Positions 10,187-20,584 of a stretch of DNA of 32,000 nucleotides are shown piece after piece. Location of the stretch: positions 120,001 through 152,000 of the forward strand of contig NC_017039.1 in NCBI RefSeq assembly GCF_000284455.1, given 5' to 3'. A model generated the notes under the pieces. The model was not told where the DNA came from and searched no databases. It saw only the letters and a list, made by a program, of their open reading frames with translations. The stretch comes from Synechocystis sp. PCC 6803 substr. PCC-P (lineage in GTDB: Bacteria; Cyanobacteriota; Cyanobacteriia; Cyanobacteriales; Microcystaceae). Each line of letters begins with the position of its first letter. Position 1 is the stretch's first letter. The position numbers and the translations under genes are program-made.

Positions 10187-11039
10187 GCCAGGGCTTTTCC
10201 CCTTGGTTGACTAGCCAAAGTAAGAGGCATAAACCAGCGATACCCATCACTCCGGAAAGAGGATTGCGGTCAATGCCCGTCACCCAAGCCGGCATTTTTT
10301 CCGTATAGGTCACTAATTGCCCCACATTGACAATGTAATAGGCCCAGACCATGCCCCCGTGGAGACCAATGCTATGGCCCAGGCGATCGCCATGGCGGCG
10401 TTTAGTAATGCCTAAGCTCAAACCCAACAACACCAGAGCGGGAAATTGGGGCAGGGTGCGGATTACTTCTCCTAGGGGCTTCAGGAAATGGAGCACAGCA
10501 AAAATAATGGCGTTACTCGCCAAGGAAGTTTTGTTGCCATAACCCTGTTCCAACTCCTTTAGTAACCAACCCCGAAAAAATAGTTCTTCTGCTAGGGCTA
10601 CTCCCAACCCAGTGAGGCTTCCCTGCATAATAATTGTCCAGAGGCGATCGCCAGCGGGTGCCAGCACGGCCCAGCCCAATAAGCCCTGGATGATAAATAG
10701 ACCGAAGGTAAAACTAAAACCAAGCCCCAGCCCTCGCAATAACTCCACTCCCTGGCGACGATTCCAGCCCAGACCGTAGACTCCATAGGCTTTTAAAGAC
10801 AGGGGTGTTTGGTAGCACCAATGACTCCAAAAAATTAGCAGGACCAGGAAAATTAAAAATAAAATCCCCATCACCACAATGGAACGCAAATTGGCATCGG
10901 CGATCGCCAGGGAAAGGGGCACCAAGAAAGGCAACCAAGCAGCGGCCAACATTACAATGAACACACCAATTCTCCATGGAGCGGTCAGTTGAGCAATGGC
11001 CTGCTGATTGAAATTGAAATTAACGGTTGATTTTGGCAT
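10167..11039 (-). CDS. CPBP-family (CAAX protease/bacteriocin-processing type) intramembrane metalloprotease
   Basis: 290 aa, several TM helices; AEELFFRGWLLKEL (EExxxR motif), IIFAVLHF, SIGLHGGMVWA. Confidence 0.88.
   Translation of the reverse strand: MPKSTVNFNFNQQAIAQLTAPWRIGVFIVMLAAAWLPFLVPLSLAIADANLRSIVVMGILFLIFLVLLIFWSHWCYQTPLSLKAYGVYGLGWNRRQGVELLRGLGLGFSFTFGLFIIQGLLGWAVLAPAGDRLWTIIMQGSLTGLGVALAEELFFRGWLLKELEQGYGNKTSLASNAIIFAVLHFLKPLGEVIRTLPQFPALVLLGLSLGITKRRHGDRLGHSIGLHGGMVWAYYIVNVGQLVTYTEKMPAWVTGIDRNPLSGVMGIAGLCLLLWLVNQGEKPWLKRLGF
10169..10198 (+). terminator. Symmetrical hairpin, possible bidirectional intrinsic terminator
   Basis: AAAAGCCC (10169-10176) and GGGCTTTT (10191-10198) are perfect complements with a 14-nt loop, between two convergent genes; both strands end in a short U run. 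Confidence 0.55.
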
Positions 11040-11115
11040 TCCGGTCTTTTCCCATACCCGTAGGTGGTCCTAAATAGTCTGTTCAGTCGATTTCTTTCCC
11101 CATCCCCCTAGTATC

Positions 11116-11790
11116 ATGGCCGCCAGTTTATCCCAACAGATTAACAATCCCGAACGTAGTTACTTTGAGCAAGCTCTCAAACGGGTAGAGCAAGACGTAC
11201 TCCGCATGGGTGCCTTAGTGGAAGAATCCTTCCGCATGAGCCACCAGGCCCTGTTTGAGAATAGGTTAGAAACCCCCCTAAAAATTGCCGAATTGGAAAA
11301 GGAAATTGATCGCCTCTACCGCCATATCGAGCAGGAATGCGCCAGTTTCCTCACCCTGCAAGCCCCCGTAGCCCAAGATCTGCGTCTACTCAGCGCCATT
11401 ATGCAATTAGTGCGGGATTTAGAAAGAATTGGCGACTATGCCCAGGATTTGGGGGAAATTGCCATGAAGTTGACCCGCTATCCCCCACATCCCTGTATGG
11501 ACGAAATTGCCGCCATGGCCTGGCAAGCCCAACATATGTTGGACCAAAGCCTCGTTTGCCTGACCCAACTGGACCCCAACGCCGGGGAAATTGTCAAAAA
11601 AATGGACGACGTGGTGGATGACGCCTACGATCGCCTGTATAAAACCCTCGCCTTCCAACGGGACATTAAGGGCGTAGTGGAACCAATTTTGCTTATGGCC
11701 CTAGTGATTCGCCACCTAGAGAGAATGGCCGACCATGCCACCAATATTGCCCAACGGGTTTCCTATATCGTCACCGGCAAAAGGGAATGA
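11116..11790 (+). CDS. phoU: Phosphate transport/signalling regulator PhoU
   Basis: Two PhoU repeats: LRLLSAIMQLVRDLERIGDYAQDLGEIA and LLMALVIRHLERMADHATNIAQRVSYIVTG. Confidence 0.92.
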   Translation: MAASLSQQINNPERSYFEQALKRVEQDVLRMGALVEESFRMSHQALFENRLETPLKIAELEKEIDRLYRHIEQECASFLTLQAPVAQDLRLLSAIMQLVRDLERIGDYAQDLGEIAMKLTRYPPHPCMDEIAAMAWQAQHMLDQSLVCLTQLDPNAGEIVKKMDDVVDDAYDRLYKTLAFQRDIKGVVEPILLMALVIRHLERMADHATNIAQRVSYIVTGKRE

Positions 11791-11951
11791 GATAGGGTGA
11801 TTAATGGGGGAGTGGGGAGATTAGGTCGGATGGCCACGAAGATTTGCTAAACTGGACGCAGAGTAGATACGCAACGGTGCGGTCTGCCCCAATCTTGGAC
11901 TTTTTTCCAGAAGTGGGTGTCCCCCGCTTTTTTTATGCCCAATTGTATTCA

Positions 11952-12407
11952 ATGACCCATCCCGTAATTCCCGACATTCTTGCATTAGCACAGCCCATTG
12001 CCGAGGATTTGGGGCTGGAAGTGACGGATGCGGTATTCCAAACCAATAAACGTCCACCGGTGTTGCGGATTGATATCCGTAATCTCCAGCAGGATACTAG
12101 CCTTAATGACTGTGAAGCCTTTAGTCGGAGCTTTGAAGCCCAATTGGAGGAAAGCAGTTTGATCGCCAGCGCCTACGTGTTGGAAGTTTCTAGCCCAGGC
12201 ATTTCCCCATACCTCGCCACGGAGCGAGATTTTATTGCCTTTAAAGGGTTTGAAGTAGTGGTTACCAGTGACAATCCCCACCAGGGCCAAAGTCAGTGGC
12301 AGGGGAGTTTACAAGGGCGAGATGGAGAGGCAGTTTACTTAAGCATTAGGGGGAGAACCGTGGCTATTCCTTTGACAGTGGGGTTAACAGTGCGGCTACC
12401 CCATTAA
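11952..12407 (+). CDS. rimP: Ribosome maturation factor RimP
   Basis: LALAQPIAEDLGLEVTDAVFQ..., LRIDIRN, DCEAFSRSFEAQLEE, YVLEVSSPGISPYL; likely start ATG 11952 inside ORF 11844..12407; directly upstream of nusA. Confidence 0.9.
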   Translation: MTHPVIPDILALAQPIAEDLGLEVTDAVFQTNKRPPVLRIDIRNLQQDTSLNDCEAFSRSFEAQLEESSLIASAYVLEVSSPGISPYLATERDFIAFKGFEVVVTSDNPHQGQSQWQGSLQGRDGEAVYLSIRGRTVAIPLTVGLTVRLPH

Positions 12408-12482
12408 TTGACCCTGGAGTCTAGCCAGCCTAGGTCTGGGGAAGGGCTAGAGCTTTATCGCAAATATTTTGGAGGATTTTCC

Positions 12483-13859
12483 ATGTCTCTTGTTAGTTTA
12501 CCGGGGCTCCCGGCAATGATTAGTGAAATTAGTAAGCGCAATAATTTACCCACCACGGCGGTGGAAGAAGCTCTACGGGAAGCTTTATTGAAGGGCTACG
12601 AGCGTTTTCGGCGATCGCAGTTGATGGGACACCAATTCCCCGAAGAATATTTCAACAACTTTGAGGTGGAATTAGACACGGAAGAAGAAGGCTTTCGGGT
12701 ACTTTCCACCAAACGGATTGTGGAGGAAGTGGAAAATTCTGACCAACAAATTTCCCTCAAGGAAGTGCTGGAAGTGGCCGAAGAAGCTCAACTGGGGGAC
12801 GAAGTAGTGCTGGATGTGACCCCAGAACAAAAGGACTTTGGGCGCATGGCCGCCATTCAAACTAAGCAGGTATTACTGCAAAAACTGCGGGATCAACAAC
12901 GAAAAATTATCCAAGAAGAATTCCAAGACCTGGAAGGCACTGTTCTCAATGCCCGGGCCCTGCGCTTTGAAAGGCAGTCCATCATTGTGGCGGTGCAGAG
13001 TAGTTTTGGTCAGCCAGAGGTAGAAGCAGAATTGCCCAAACGGGAACAGTTACCCAACGATAATTACCGGGCTAACTCCACCTTCCGGGTGTATCTCAAA
13101 CGGGTACGGGAAGGCTCCCAAAGAGGTCCCCAATTGGTGGTTTCCCGGGCAGCGGCGGGGTTGGTGGTGGATTTATTTAGTGTGGAAGTGCCGGAAATTG
13201 AAGAAGAGGTGGTGCGCATTGTTGCCGTGGCCAGGGAAGCCAAACCCCCTTCCCCTTCCGTGGGGCCCCGAACAAAAATTGCGGTGGACACTCTAGAGCG
13301 GGATGTGGATCCGGTGGGAGCCTGCATTGGCGCTCGGGGTTCCCGTATCCATGCGGTGGTCAACGAACTCCGGGGGGAAAAAATTGATGTGATCCGTTGG
13401 TCCCCAGACCCGGCCACGTATATTGCCCAGGCCCTCAGTCCAGCCCGGGTGGACCAGGTTTACCTCATCCATGCGGAGGAGCGCCATGCCCTGGTAATTG
13501 TGGCGGAGGATCAACTCAGTTTGGCGATTGGCAAGGAGGGACAAAACGTCCGGTTGGCGGCCCGCCTAACCGGTTGGAAAATTGACATCAAAGATCCCGA
13601 AACCTATGCCCGGGATAAGGAAGCCATTGAACAATCTATTTTGGAGCGGGCGGCGGCTTCAGCCCAGGCCAGGGCAGAACGGGAAGCAGCAGAACAGGAG
13701 GCCCAAGCTAAATTAGAAGCGGAAATGGCTGCTTTGGAAGCCGAGGAAGCTGAAGAGTTAGAGGAAACCCCAGAGGCGATCGCCGAGGTGGAAGAAGAAG
13801 TAGAGGAATGGGACCAAGACCAAGGGCCGGAGTTAGGGGAGGAAGAAGAGTTAAGCTAG
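12483..13859 (+). CDS. nusA: Transcription termination/antitermination factor NusA
   Basis: Start ATG at 12483 preceded by GGAGG at about 12471; S1/KH motifs (DPVGACIGARGSRIHAVVNELRGEKIDVIRW, LAIGKEGQNVRLAARLTGWKIDI); acidic C-terminus. Confidence 0.95.
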   Translation: MSLVSLPGLPAMISEISKRNNLPTTAVEEALREALLKGYERFRRSQLMGHQFPEEYFNNFEVELDTEEEGFRVLSTKRIVEEVENSDQQISLKEVLEVAEEAQLGDEVVLDVTPEQKDFGRMAAIQTKQVLLQKLRDQQRKIIQEEFQDLEGTVLNARALRFERQSIIVAVQSSFGQPEVEAELPKREQLPNDNYRANSTFRVYLKRVREGSQRGPQLVVSRAAAGLVVDLFSVEVPEIEEEVVRIVAVAREAKPPSPSVGPRTKIAVDTLERDVDPVGACIGARGSRIHAVVNELRGEKIDVIRWSPDPATYIAQALSPARVDQVYLIHAEERHALVIVAEDQLSLAIGKEGQNVRLAARLTGWKIDIKDPETYARDKEAIEQSILERAAASAQARAEREAAEQEAQAKLEAEMAALEAEEAEELEETPEAIAEVEEEVEEWDQDQGPELGEEEELS

Positions 13860-13916
13860 GAAAGGTTGATAATGCCAGCTTTGTGCTAATTTGTCCTGAC
13901 CACTCCTTGCCCACCG

Positions 13917-14177
13917 TTGACCATGGCCCCTGGATACCGTCGTTGCCTCAGCTGTCGCAAAGTAGGCGATCGCCGACAATTTTGGCGAATTGTCCGAGTC
14001 TATCCATCTCGAACTGTACAATTAGATCACGGTGCGGGGCGATCGGCTTATTTATGTCCGACCCATGACTGTCTGCGTAAAGCTCGCCACAAAAATCTGT
14101 TGGGGCGGGCCCTCCGAGCCCCAGTTCCCAGCCATCTCTTTGAGCAACTAGAAGCCCGTCTTCTCACCACTCCCTGA
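13917..14177 (+). CDS. ylxR: YlxR/DUF448-family RNA-binding protein
   Basis: 86 aa; YRRCLSCRKVGDRRQFWRIVR...GRSAYLCPTHDCLRKARHKNLLGRALR; located between nusA and infB. Confidence 0.88.
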   Translation: MTMAPGYRRCLSCRKVGDRRQFWRIVRVYPSRTVQLDHGAGRSAYLCPTHDCLRKARHKNLLGRALRAPVPSHLFEQLEARLLTTP

Positions 14178-14436
14178 GGCGCTGCCATAAACCCTTTCCC
14201 TATCCATCACCATGGATGCCCTCTGCCGAAACTTACCCAGCGGCAGTTATCGTTAGTTAGCATTAGGAGTAAAACCATTTACTATTTCGGCTTCACCTTA
14301 TCGACTCCGCAAAGCTTTCTTGGGGACAATGCCCCTGGAAAAAGCTAGTGCTCTGTCTGTGCACCTAGTCTTTGCACTCACATAAACCAATTTGTCACTT
14401 ATTAAATTTATGGATCATTAGTCAGGGGGACAGTGG

Positions 14437-17400
14437 ATGAACAACGCCAAAGTCAGAATTTATGACCTATCAAAAGAATTAAATCTGGAGAATCGAGATA
14501 TTTTAGACATCTGCGAACGGCTCAACGTGGCTGCTAAAAGTCATAGCAGTACCATCAGTGAATCCGATGCGGAGCGCATCAAAGCGGCAGCTGAAAAATT
14601 CACCCCCCAACAACCGAAAAAGCCTAGAGTGGCATCCCGTCCGGAGTCGAAAGAGGATAAGTCAGATCCCAAGCAGCAAAAGATTCTAGCAATTCACCAC
14701 AAACAGGAAAAATCTGGCGGTCCATCTCCGGCCCGGCCCACCCCCCCTCCCCGGCCAAAACTACAAGCGCCGAAGGCCCCCACGCCCCCCCAACCCCCCG
14801 TGGCCAAAGCTTCAGCTCCAAAGATTCAGAAACAGGAAGAGCCTGCCCAGGAAGCGCCCAAAAGTGTTGCTCCCCCCACCCAGCCTTTGGCACCGCCCCC
14901 AGTGCCCAGTTTGCAATCTCCCCCCAGTAAGCCAGCTCCCCCTACTCCTCCTGCAAAGAAAGCGGCTCCAGCCCCCCGTTTGGCAGGGCCTCCTGGTCGA
15001 ACAGCCAGTCCCAACAAAACCGCTGTCCCTGCCCCCGCTAAACCCAAGGTTAACCGTCCGGAAATTGTTAGTTTGAAGGATAATCGGGGTCAAGCCCGCT
15101 CCCCCGGTGACAGGGAAGAGAAGGTGGCGATCGCCGCTCCGGAACCACCTAAGCCCAAGGTAGAATTGCGCCGGCCCAAGCCCCCCCGGCCTGAAGAGGA
15201 CGAAAACTTACCAGAATTGCTGGAATTTCCGCCCCTTAGTCGGGGCAAGGGGGTCGATGGGGACAACGATGCCGATGACGGTGATCTGCTCTCCACCGAG
15301 AAACCCAAGCCCAAGCTGAAGCGCCCTACTCCTCCGCGTTTGGGTAAGCCAGATCAGTGGGAAGATGACGAAGACGAAAAAGCCAATAAGGCCAAAGCGG
15401 CCAACAAGGGCAAACGCCGGCCCAAAATGGACGACGATGACGATGACCTGGATATAGATGGGGATAATGGACCCAAGCCTACCCTGGTTAGTCTTTCCAT
15501 TGCCCGTCCACCTAAACCAAAATCCTTGGCGGCGAAACCCAGCACCCCCACTGTGGCCAAGGTTAAAAAGCCCACTCTCAAATCCGAAGCGGGTAGTAGC
15601 GCTGGTGGTAGTTCCCGCAGTCGTGGCGATCGCCGGGATCGGAAGGAAGTGGTGCAAAAACCCGAAGTGATCATGTTGGACCGGAGCTTGACTGTCCGGG
15701 ATCTGGCGGATCTATTAAAAATTTCCGAAACAGACATCATCAAACGGCTCTTCCTCAAAGGGGTAGCGGTGCAAATTACCCAAACCTTGGACGAAGAAAC
15801 CGCCCGTATGGTGGCCGAATCCTTTGAAGTGGCCGTGGAAACCCCTGAAAGGGTCGCCGCCGCCGCTAAAACCACAGAAATGCTCGACGAAGCGGATCTG
15901 GACAACCTCGTACGTCGTCCCCCTGTGGTTACCATCATGGGTCACGTGGACCACGGTAAAACCACGTTGCTGGACTCCATACGCAAAACCAAGGTGGCCC
16001 AAGGGGAAGCGGGGGGTATTACCCAGCACATTGGTGCCTACCACGTGGAAGTGGAGCACAACGACAAAACCGAACAGATTGTCTTCCTTGATACTCCTGG
16101 CCATGAAGCCTTTACCGCCATGCGGGCCCGGGGAGCCAAGGTTACGGACATTGCCATTCTGGTGGTAGCCGCCGATGATGGCGTCCAGCCCCAAACCAAA
16201 GAGGCCATTAGCCATGCCAAGGCCGCCGGGGTTCCCCTCATTGTGGCCATCAACAAAGTCGATAAACCTGAAGCCAATCCCGACCGCATTAAGCAGGAAT
16301 TGTCCGAACTTGGCCTTCTGGCTGAAGAATGGGGGGGAGACACCATCATGGTGCCCGTCAGTGCCCTCAACGGAGATAACCTGGATGGCTTGCTCGAAAT
16401 GATTCTGCTCGTATCGGAAGTGGAAGAACTAGTTGCTAATCCCAACCGTCAGGCTAAAGGCACCGTGATTGAGGCTAACCTAGACCGCACCAGGGGTCCT
16501 GTGGCTACCCTCTTGATCCAAAACGGTACTCTCCGAGTTGGGGATGCTATTGTGGTGGGGGCTGTGTACGGCAAAATCCGAGCCATGATCGACGACCGGG
16601 GCGACAAAGTCGAGGAAGCCAGTCCTTCCTTTGCAGTGGAGATCCTTGGTCTAGGGGATGTGCCCGCCGCTGGGGATGAATTTGAAGTCTTTACCAACGA
16701 AAAAGATGCCCGTCTGCAAGCGGAAGCCCGGGCCATGGAAGACCGTCAAACCCGTCTGCAACAGGCCATGTCTTCCCGCAAGGTTACCCTCAGCAGTATT
16801 TCGGCCCAGGCCCAGGAAGGGGAACTCAAGGAACTCAACATCATCCTCAAGGCAGACGTACAGGGTTCCTTGGGGGCTATTTTAGGCTCCTTGGAACAAT
16901 TACCCCAAGGGGAAGTACAGATCCGAGTCCTGTTGGCGTCCCCAGGGGAAGTCACGGAAACCGATGTGGATTTGGCCGCCGCCAGTGGAGCAATCATCAT
17001 TGGCTTCAACACCACCTTGGCCAGTGGAGCCCGTCAAGCCGCGGACCAAGAAGGGGTGGACATTCGGGAATACGACATCATCTATAAGCTTTTGGATGAC
17101 ATCCAAGGAGCCATGGAAGGTCTCTTGGATCCCGAAGAAATTGAGTCTTCCCTGGGAACAGCGGAAGTGCGGGCTGTCTTCCCCGTGGGTCGGGGTAATA
17201 TTGCCGGTTGTTACGTGCAGTCAGGCAAAATTATCCGGAATCGTAACCTGCGGGTGCGCCGGGGTGACCAAGTGCTCTTTGAAGGCAACATCGATTCCCT
17301 CAAACGGATTAAGGAGGACGTGCGGGAAGTTAATGCTGGCTATGAGTGCGGCATTGGCTGTAGCAAGTTCAACGACTGGAAGGAAGGAGACATCATCGAA

Positions 17401-17442
17401 GCCTATGAAATGACCATGAAGCGTCGGACATTGGCTACCTAG
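14437..17442 (+). CDS. infB: Translation initiation factor IF-2 with long Pro/Lys-rich linker
   Basis: 1001 aa; G-domain motifs [52 protein letters not shown]; C-terminal [24 protein letters not shown]. Confidence 0.97.
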   Translation: MNNAKVRIYDLSKELNLENRDILDICERLNVAAKSHSSTISESDAERIKAAAEKFTPQQPKKPRVASRPESKEDKSDPKQQKILAIHHKQEKSGGPSPARPTPPPRPKLQAPKAPTPPQPPVAKASAPKIQKQEEPAQEAPKSVAPPTQPLAPPPVPSLQSPPSKPAPPTPPAKKAAPAPRLAGPPGRTASPNKTAVPAPAKPKVNRPEIVSLKDNRGQARSPGDREEKVAIAAPEPPKPKVELRRPKPPRPEEDENLPELLEFPPLSRGKGVDGDNDADDGDLLSTEKPKPKLKRPTPPRLGKPDQWEDDEDEKANKAKAANKGKRRPKMDDDDDDLDIDGDNGPKPTLVSLSIARPPKPKSLAAKPSTPTVAKVKKPTLKSEAGSSAGGSSRSRGDRRDRKEVVQKPEVIMLDRSLTVRDLADLLKISETDIIKRLFLKGVAVQITQTLDEETARMVAESFEVAVETPERVAAAAKTTEMLDEADLDNLVRRPPVVTIMGHVDHGKTTLLDSIRKTKVAQGEAGGITQHIGAYHVEVEHNDKTEQIVFLDTPGHEAFTAMRARGAKVTDIAILVVAADDGVQPQTKEAISHAKAAGVPLIVAINKVDKPEANPDRIKQELSELGLLAEEWGGDTIMVPVSALNGDNLDGLLEMILLVSEVEELVANPNRQAKGTVIEANLDRTRGPVATLLIQNGTLRVGDAIVVGAVYGKIRAMIDDRGDKVEEASPSFAVEILGLGDVPAAGDEFEVFTNEKDARLQAEARAMEDRQTRLQQAMSSRKVTLSSISAQAQEGELKELNIILKADVQGSLGAILGSLEQLPQGEVQIRVLLASPGEVTETDVDLAAASGAIIIGFNTTLASGARQAADQEGVDIREYDIIYKLLDDIQGAMEGLLDPEEIESSLGTAEVRAVFPVGRGNIAGCYVQSGKIIRNRNLRVRRGDQVLFEGNIDSLKRIKEDVREVNAGYECGIGCSKFNDWKEGDIIEAYEMTMKRRTLAT

Positions 17443-17443
17443 G

Positions 17444-18112
17444 ATGTTGTTGCTCCAATTCAGCACTTCCCACTATTGCCGCAAAGCTAGGCTGGCCTTG
17501 GGTTATAAGGGCATTATTTACCGAGTTAAAAATTTAACTCCCGGTGTCCATGCCCTGCAACTTAAACCCAAGACCGGTGCCACTACTGTGCCAGTACTTT
17601 GTCCAGAACTCCCAGGACAACCGGAATGTATCAGTGATTCCAGCGAGATTTTCCGCTTTTTAGAGGAATTTTCCCCCGATCGCCGTTTATTTCCCCTGGA
17701 AGCGGAACAGAGATTGAGGGCGGAGTGGCTGGAGGATTGGTTGGATGAAAGTATTGGTACGGCAACCCGGTTTGTTTATTACGACTACCGAGCTGGGGCA
17801 GGCAAGGCCATTGACCCATCCCTTGCCAGTCAGATGGTCATTCAAATTGTCCGCCGTCAGTACAACATCAATGGCACCACCGTTGCCCTAGCGAAAAAAC
17901 GATTGGCCCTGGCTTTCCGGGTTCTATCTGTTTGGCAAGATCAGTCCTATCTTTGTGGTGACCAGTTGACCATAGCAGACCTAACGGCCGCCGCTTTGCT
18001 TAGTCCCTTGGCATTGTTACCGGAATATCGAGAGTCCGTACCTTGGTTGTTTGAGCGCATCAAGGAAATCCATTTAATTTGTGGGGAACCGTTGCCGCCG
18101 GGTCTAGGTTAG
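17444..18112 (+). CDS. Glutathione S-transferase-like protein
   Basis: Thioredoxin-like N-terminus (LLLQFSTSHYCRKARLALGYKGIIYRVKNL, TTVPVL, SSEIFRFLEE) and helical C-terminus; starts 2 nt after the infB stop. Confidence 0.8.
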   Translation: MLLLQFSTSHYCRKARLALGYKGIIYRVKNLTPGVHALQLKPKTGATTVPVLCPELPGQPECISDSSEIFRFLEEFSPDRRLFPLEAEQRLRAEWLEDWLDESIGTATRFVYYDYRAGAGKAIDPSLASQMVIQIVRRQYNINGTTVALAKKRLALAFRVLSVWQDQSYLCGDQLTIADLTAAALLSPLALLPEYRESVPWLFERIKEIHLICGEPLPPGLG

Positions 18113-18211
18113 GGATCGTTAAAAACCGGGTGCGCCAGAAAGTTTTAGTCACTCCTTTTACTTGCCAGGGCTAAACTAACTTTCCACCACGGGAAAAAAC
18201 ATCCGGCGATG

Positions 18212-18231
18212 ACAAGGGCGATCGCCCTTGT
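18212..18231. repeat. 20-bp perfect palindrome with a HIP1 core
   Basis: ACAAGGGCGATCGCCCTTGT equals its own reverse complement; followed on + by TTCCCTTTTCC, between the GST-like gene and glgX. Confidence 0.8.
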
Positions 18232-18282
18232 TTCCCTTTTCCAAAGGTTTGCTAGTTTTAAGGGAAAGAATCTGAACAATTT

Positions 18283-20535
18283 TTGGAATTGCCTGTGCCA
18301 CAGTTGATATCTGTTCCCAACCTGTCCACCGATGTCCACCTTGGCCAAACGTTTCCCTTAGGGGCAACGGTCTACGCCGATGGGGTTAATTTCTGCTTGT
18401 TTTCCAAACATGCGGAAAGGGTCACGCTATTGTTGTTTGATCGCCCTAATGATCCGGCCCCGGCCCGCACCATTGAGCTTCATCGAGGACGGAACCGCAC
18501 CTTCTACTACTGGCATGTTTTTGTGAAGGGTTTAAAGGCGGGGCAGGTTTATGCTTACCGTGTTGATGGGCCCCACGAACCGGAAAAGGGCCATCGGTTT
18601 GACCCGGACAAAGTTTTGCTCGACCCCTACGCCAAGGCGATCGTCGGGAAGGATATTTACGACCGCAAAGCAGCCATGGCCCTCGGAGATAACTGCGCCC
18701 AGGCCCTACGCAGCGTGGTGGTGGACACCAGTGTGTACGACTGGGAGGATGACCATGCCCCCCGCACGCCCTACGCCGCCAGCATTATCTACGAACTCCA
18801 CGTCGGGGGCTTTACCCGCAACCCCAATTCGGGCTTAAGCGAAAACAAACGGGGCACCTATGCAGGATTAATTGAAAAAATTCCCTACCTCAAGGAATTG
18901 GGCATTACAGCGGTGGAATTATTACCGGTGCATTATTTTGACCCTGAAGATGCCCAACCAGGACTGACCAACTATTGGGGTTATAGTACCATCGGCTTTT
19001 TTGCGCCCCACCAAGGCTACAGTGCTGCCGATGATCCCCTGGAAGTGGTAGACGAATTTCGGGACATGGTCAAAGCCCTGCACAAAGCGGGCATAGAAGT
19101 GATTTTAGATGTGGTCTTTAACCACACTGCGGAGGGCAACGAAAAAGGCCCCACCCTTTCCTTCCGGGGCATTGATAACAGAACCTATTACATCCTCGAT
19201 GAAGATAAAAGTTCCTACAGCAACTACAGCGGTTGCGGTAATAGCGTTAAGGCTAATCACCCCGTGGTGGGGGGTCTAATCCTTGATTCCCTGCGCTACT
19301 GGGTATCGGAAATGCATGTGGATGGCTTTCGCTTTGATTTGGCTTCCGTACTGGTGCGAGATACCAAAGGAGTGCCCCTCCATGGTAGTGAAATTGCCAC
19401 CGCCAACATCATCTGGGCGATCGAATCCGACCCGATTTTAGCCGGTACTAAATTGATCGCCGAAGCTTGGGATGCGGCGGGACTGTACAGCGTCGGTAAA
19501 TTTGTGGAGTTGGCAGACTGGTTTGCGGAATGGAACGGTCCTTTTCGGGACGATGTGCGTCGCTTTGTCAAAGGGGATAATGGCGCAGTGCCAGCATTGG
19601 CTAGCCGCCTACTAGGTAGCCCCGACATTTACTATCGCCAAGATACGGATATTAACCGCAGTATCAACTTTGTCACCTGCCATGATGGTTTTACCCTGGT
19701 AGACCTGGTTTCCTACAACGAAAAACACAACGAAGCCAACGGAGAAAAGAACCGAGACGGGACCAATGATAATTTCAGTTGGAACTGTGGCGTGGAAGGG
19801 GAAACCGATGACCCCAAAATTAATCAACTGCGACTGCGGCAAATTAAAAACTTTCTAACTATTTTATTCTTTTCCCAGGGTACGCCGATGTTGCTGATGG
19901 GAGATCCGGTGGGCAGAACCCAGCAGGGCAATAATAACGGCTATTGCCAAGATAACGAACTAAGTTGGTTCGACTGGAGTGGGGAAGAAACCCACAGCGA
20001 TGAAACTCACTTTTTGCGGGGCATTATTGCTTTGACCCAAAGCCTATCCCTATTTCTTGAGGAAAGTTTATTGCCGGTGCTAAATTTTGCTCTACCCCGC
20101 TTTCCCGATGAAAATGACGGCTCTGAGGGGGATGGCCAGGACGGGGAAGAACCCGTTTATAAACCCCTCCCTCCAGTGGACGAAGCAGCTCTGCGGGAAA
20201 TGTATCTTAAAGCAACTAAGGATTTACCGGGCTCCTGCGTGGTTTGGCATGGAGTGAAACTAGCCCAGCCCGATTGGTCTTACACTTCCCATACTTTAGC
20301 GGTCACCCTATTCCATCCAGGAGCGGAGGAAATTCTCCATCTGATCTTTAATGCCTATTGGGAACCGCTGAATTTTGAATTGCCCCCTCTAAACGATGGT
20401 TTGATTTGGCATCGACTGGTGGATACCTATTTACCAACTCCGTTGGACTTCCAGGAGCCGGCGATCGCCTCTCCGGTTGAGGGAGAAACATATTGGGTTC
20501 AGCCCCGTTCTTCTGTGGTGTTAATGGCAAAATAG
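18283..20535 (+). CDS. glgX: Glycogen debranching enzyme / isoamylase-type glycosyl hydrolase GlgX
   Basis: GH13 motifs VILDVVFNHT, VDGFRFDLASVL, LIAEAWDAAG, FVTCHDGFTLVDLV; start uncertain (TTG at 18283). Confidence 0.93.
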   Translation: MELPVPQLISVPNLSTDVHLGQTFPLGATVYADGVNFCLFSKHAERVTLLLFDRPNDPAPARTIELHRGRNRTFYYWHVFVKGLKAGQVYAYRVDGPHEPEKGHRFDPDKVLLDPYAKAIVGKDIYDRKAAMALGDNCAQALRSVVVDTSVYDWEDDHAPRTPYAASIIYELHVGGFTRNPNSGLSENKRGTYAGLIEKIPYLKELGITAVELLPVHYFDPEDAQPGLTNYWGYSTIGFFAPHQGYSAADDPLEVVDEFRDMVKALHKAGIEVILDVVFNHTAEGNEKGPTLSFRGIDNRTYYILDEDKSSYSNYSGCGNSVKANHPVVGGLILDSLRYWVSEMHVDGFRFDLASVLVRDTKGVPLHGSEIATANIIWAIESDPILAGTKLIAEAWDAAGLYSVGKFVELADWFAEWNGPFRDDVRRFVKGDNGAVPALASRLLGSPDIYYRQDTDINRSINFVTCHDGFTLVDLVSYNEKHNEANGEKNRDGTNDNFSWNCGVEGETDDPKINQLRLRQIKNFLTILFFSQGTPMLLMGDPVGRTQQGNNNGYCQDNELSWFDWSGEETHSDETHFLRGIIALTQSLSLFLEESLLPVLNFALPRFPDENDGSEGDGQDGEEPVYKPLPPVDEAALREMYLKATKDLPGSCVVWHGVKLAQPDWSYTSHTLAVTLFHPGAEEILHLIFNAYWEPLNFELPPLNDGLIWHRLVDTYLPTPLDFQEPAIASPVEGETYWVQPRSSVVLMAK

Positions 20536-20584
20536 TCTAATTTACTGAGTTTTTGCCCAATTAACTTTTTAGCCCATTGGAACC

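Noticed and set aside
11844-11951. N-terminal extension of the RimP ORF (MLNWTQSRYATVRSAPILDFF...)
   Set aside because: Not like RimP N-termini. The conserved protein fits a start at 11952, so the extension is probably 5' UTR.
11821-12290. Minus-strand ORFs across the rimP start (11821..12057, 11985..12290)
   Set aside because: Antisense to the conserved RimP sequence, no motifs.
14624-15938. Multiple long minus-strand ORFs antisense to infB (14624..14893, 14826..15047, 15208..15657, 15354..15938, and others further along)
   Set aside because: Gly/Ala/Ser-rich or low-complexity translations that mirror the Pro/Lys-rich IF-2 coding sequence; no start context or recognisable domain. Treated as shadow ORFs of high-GC3 coding sequence.
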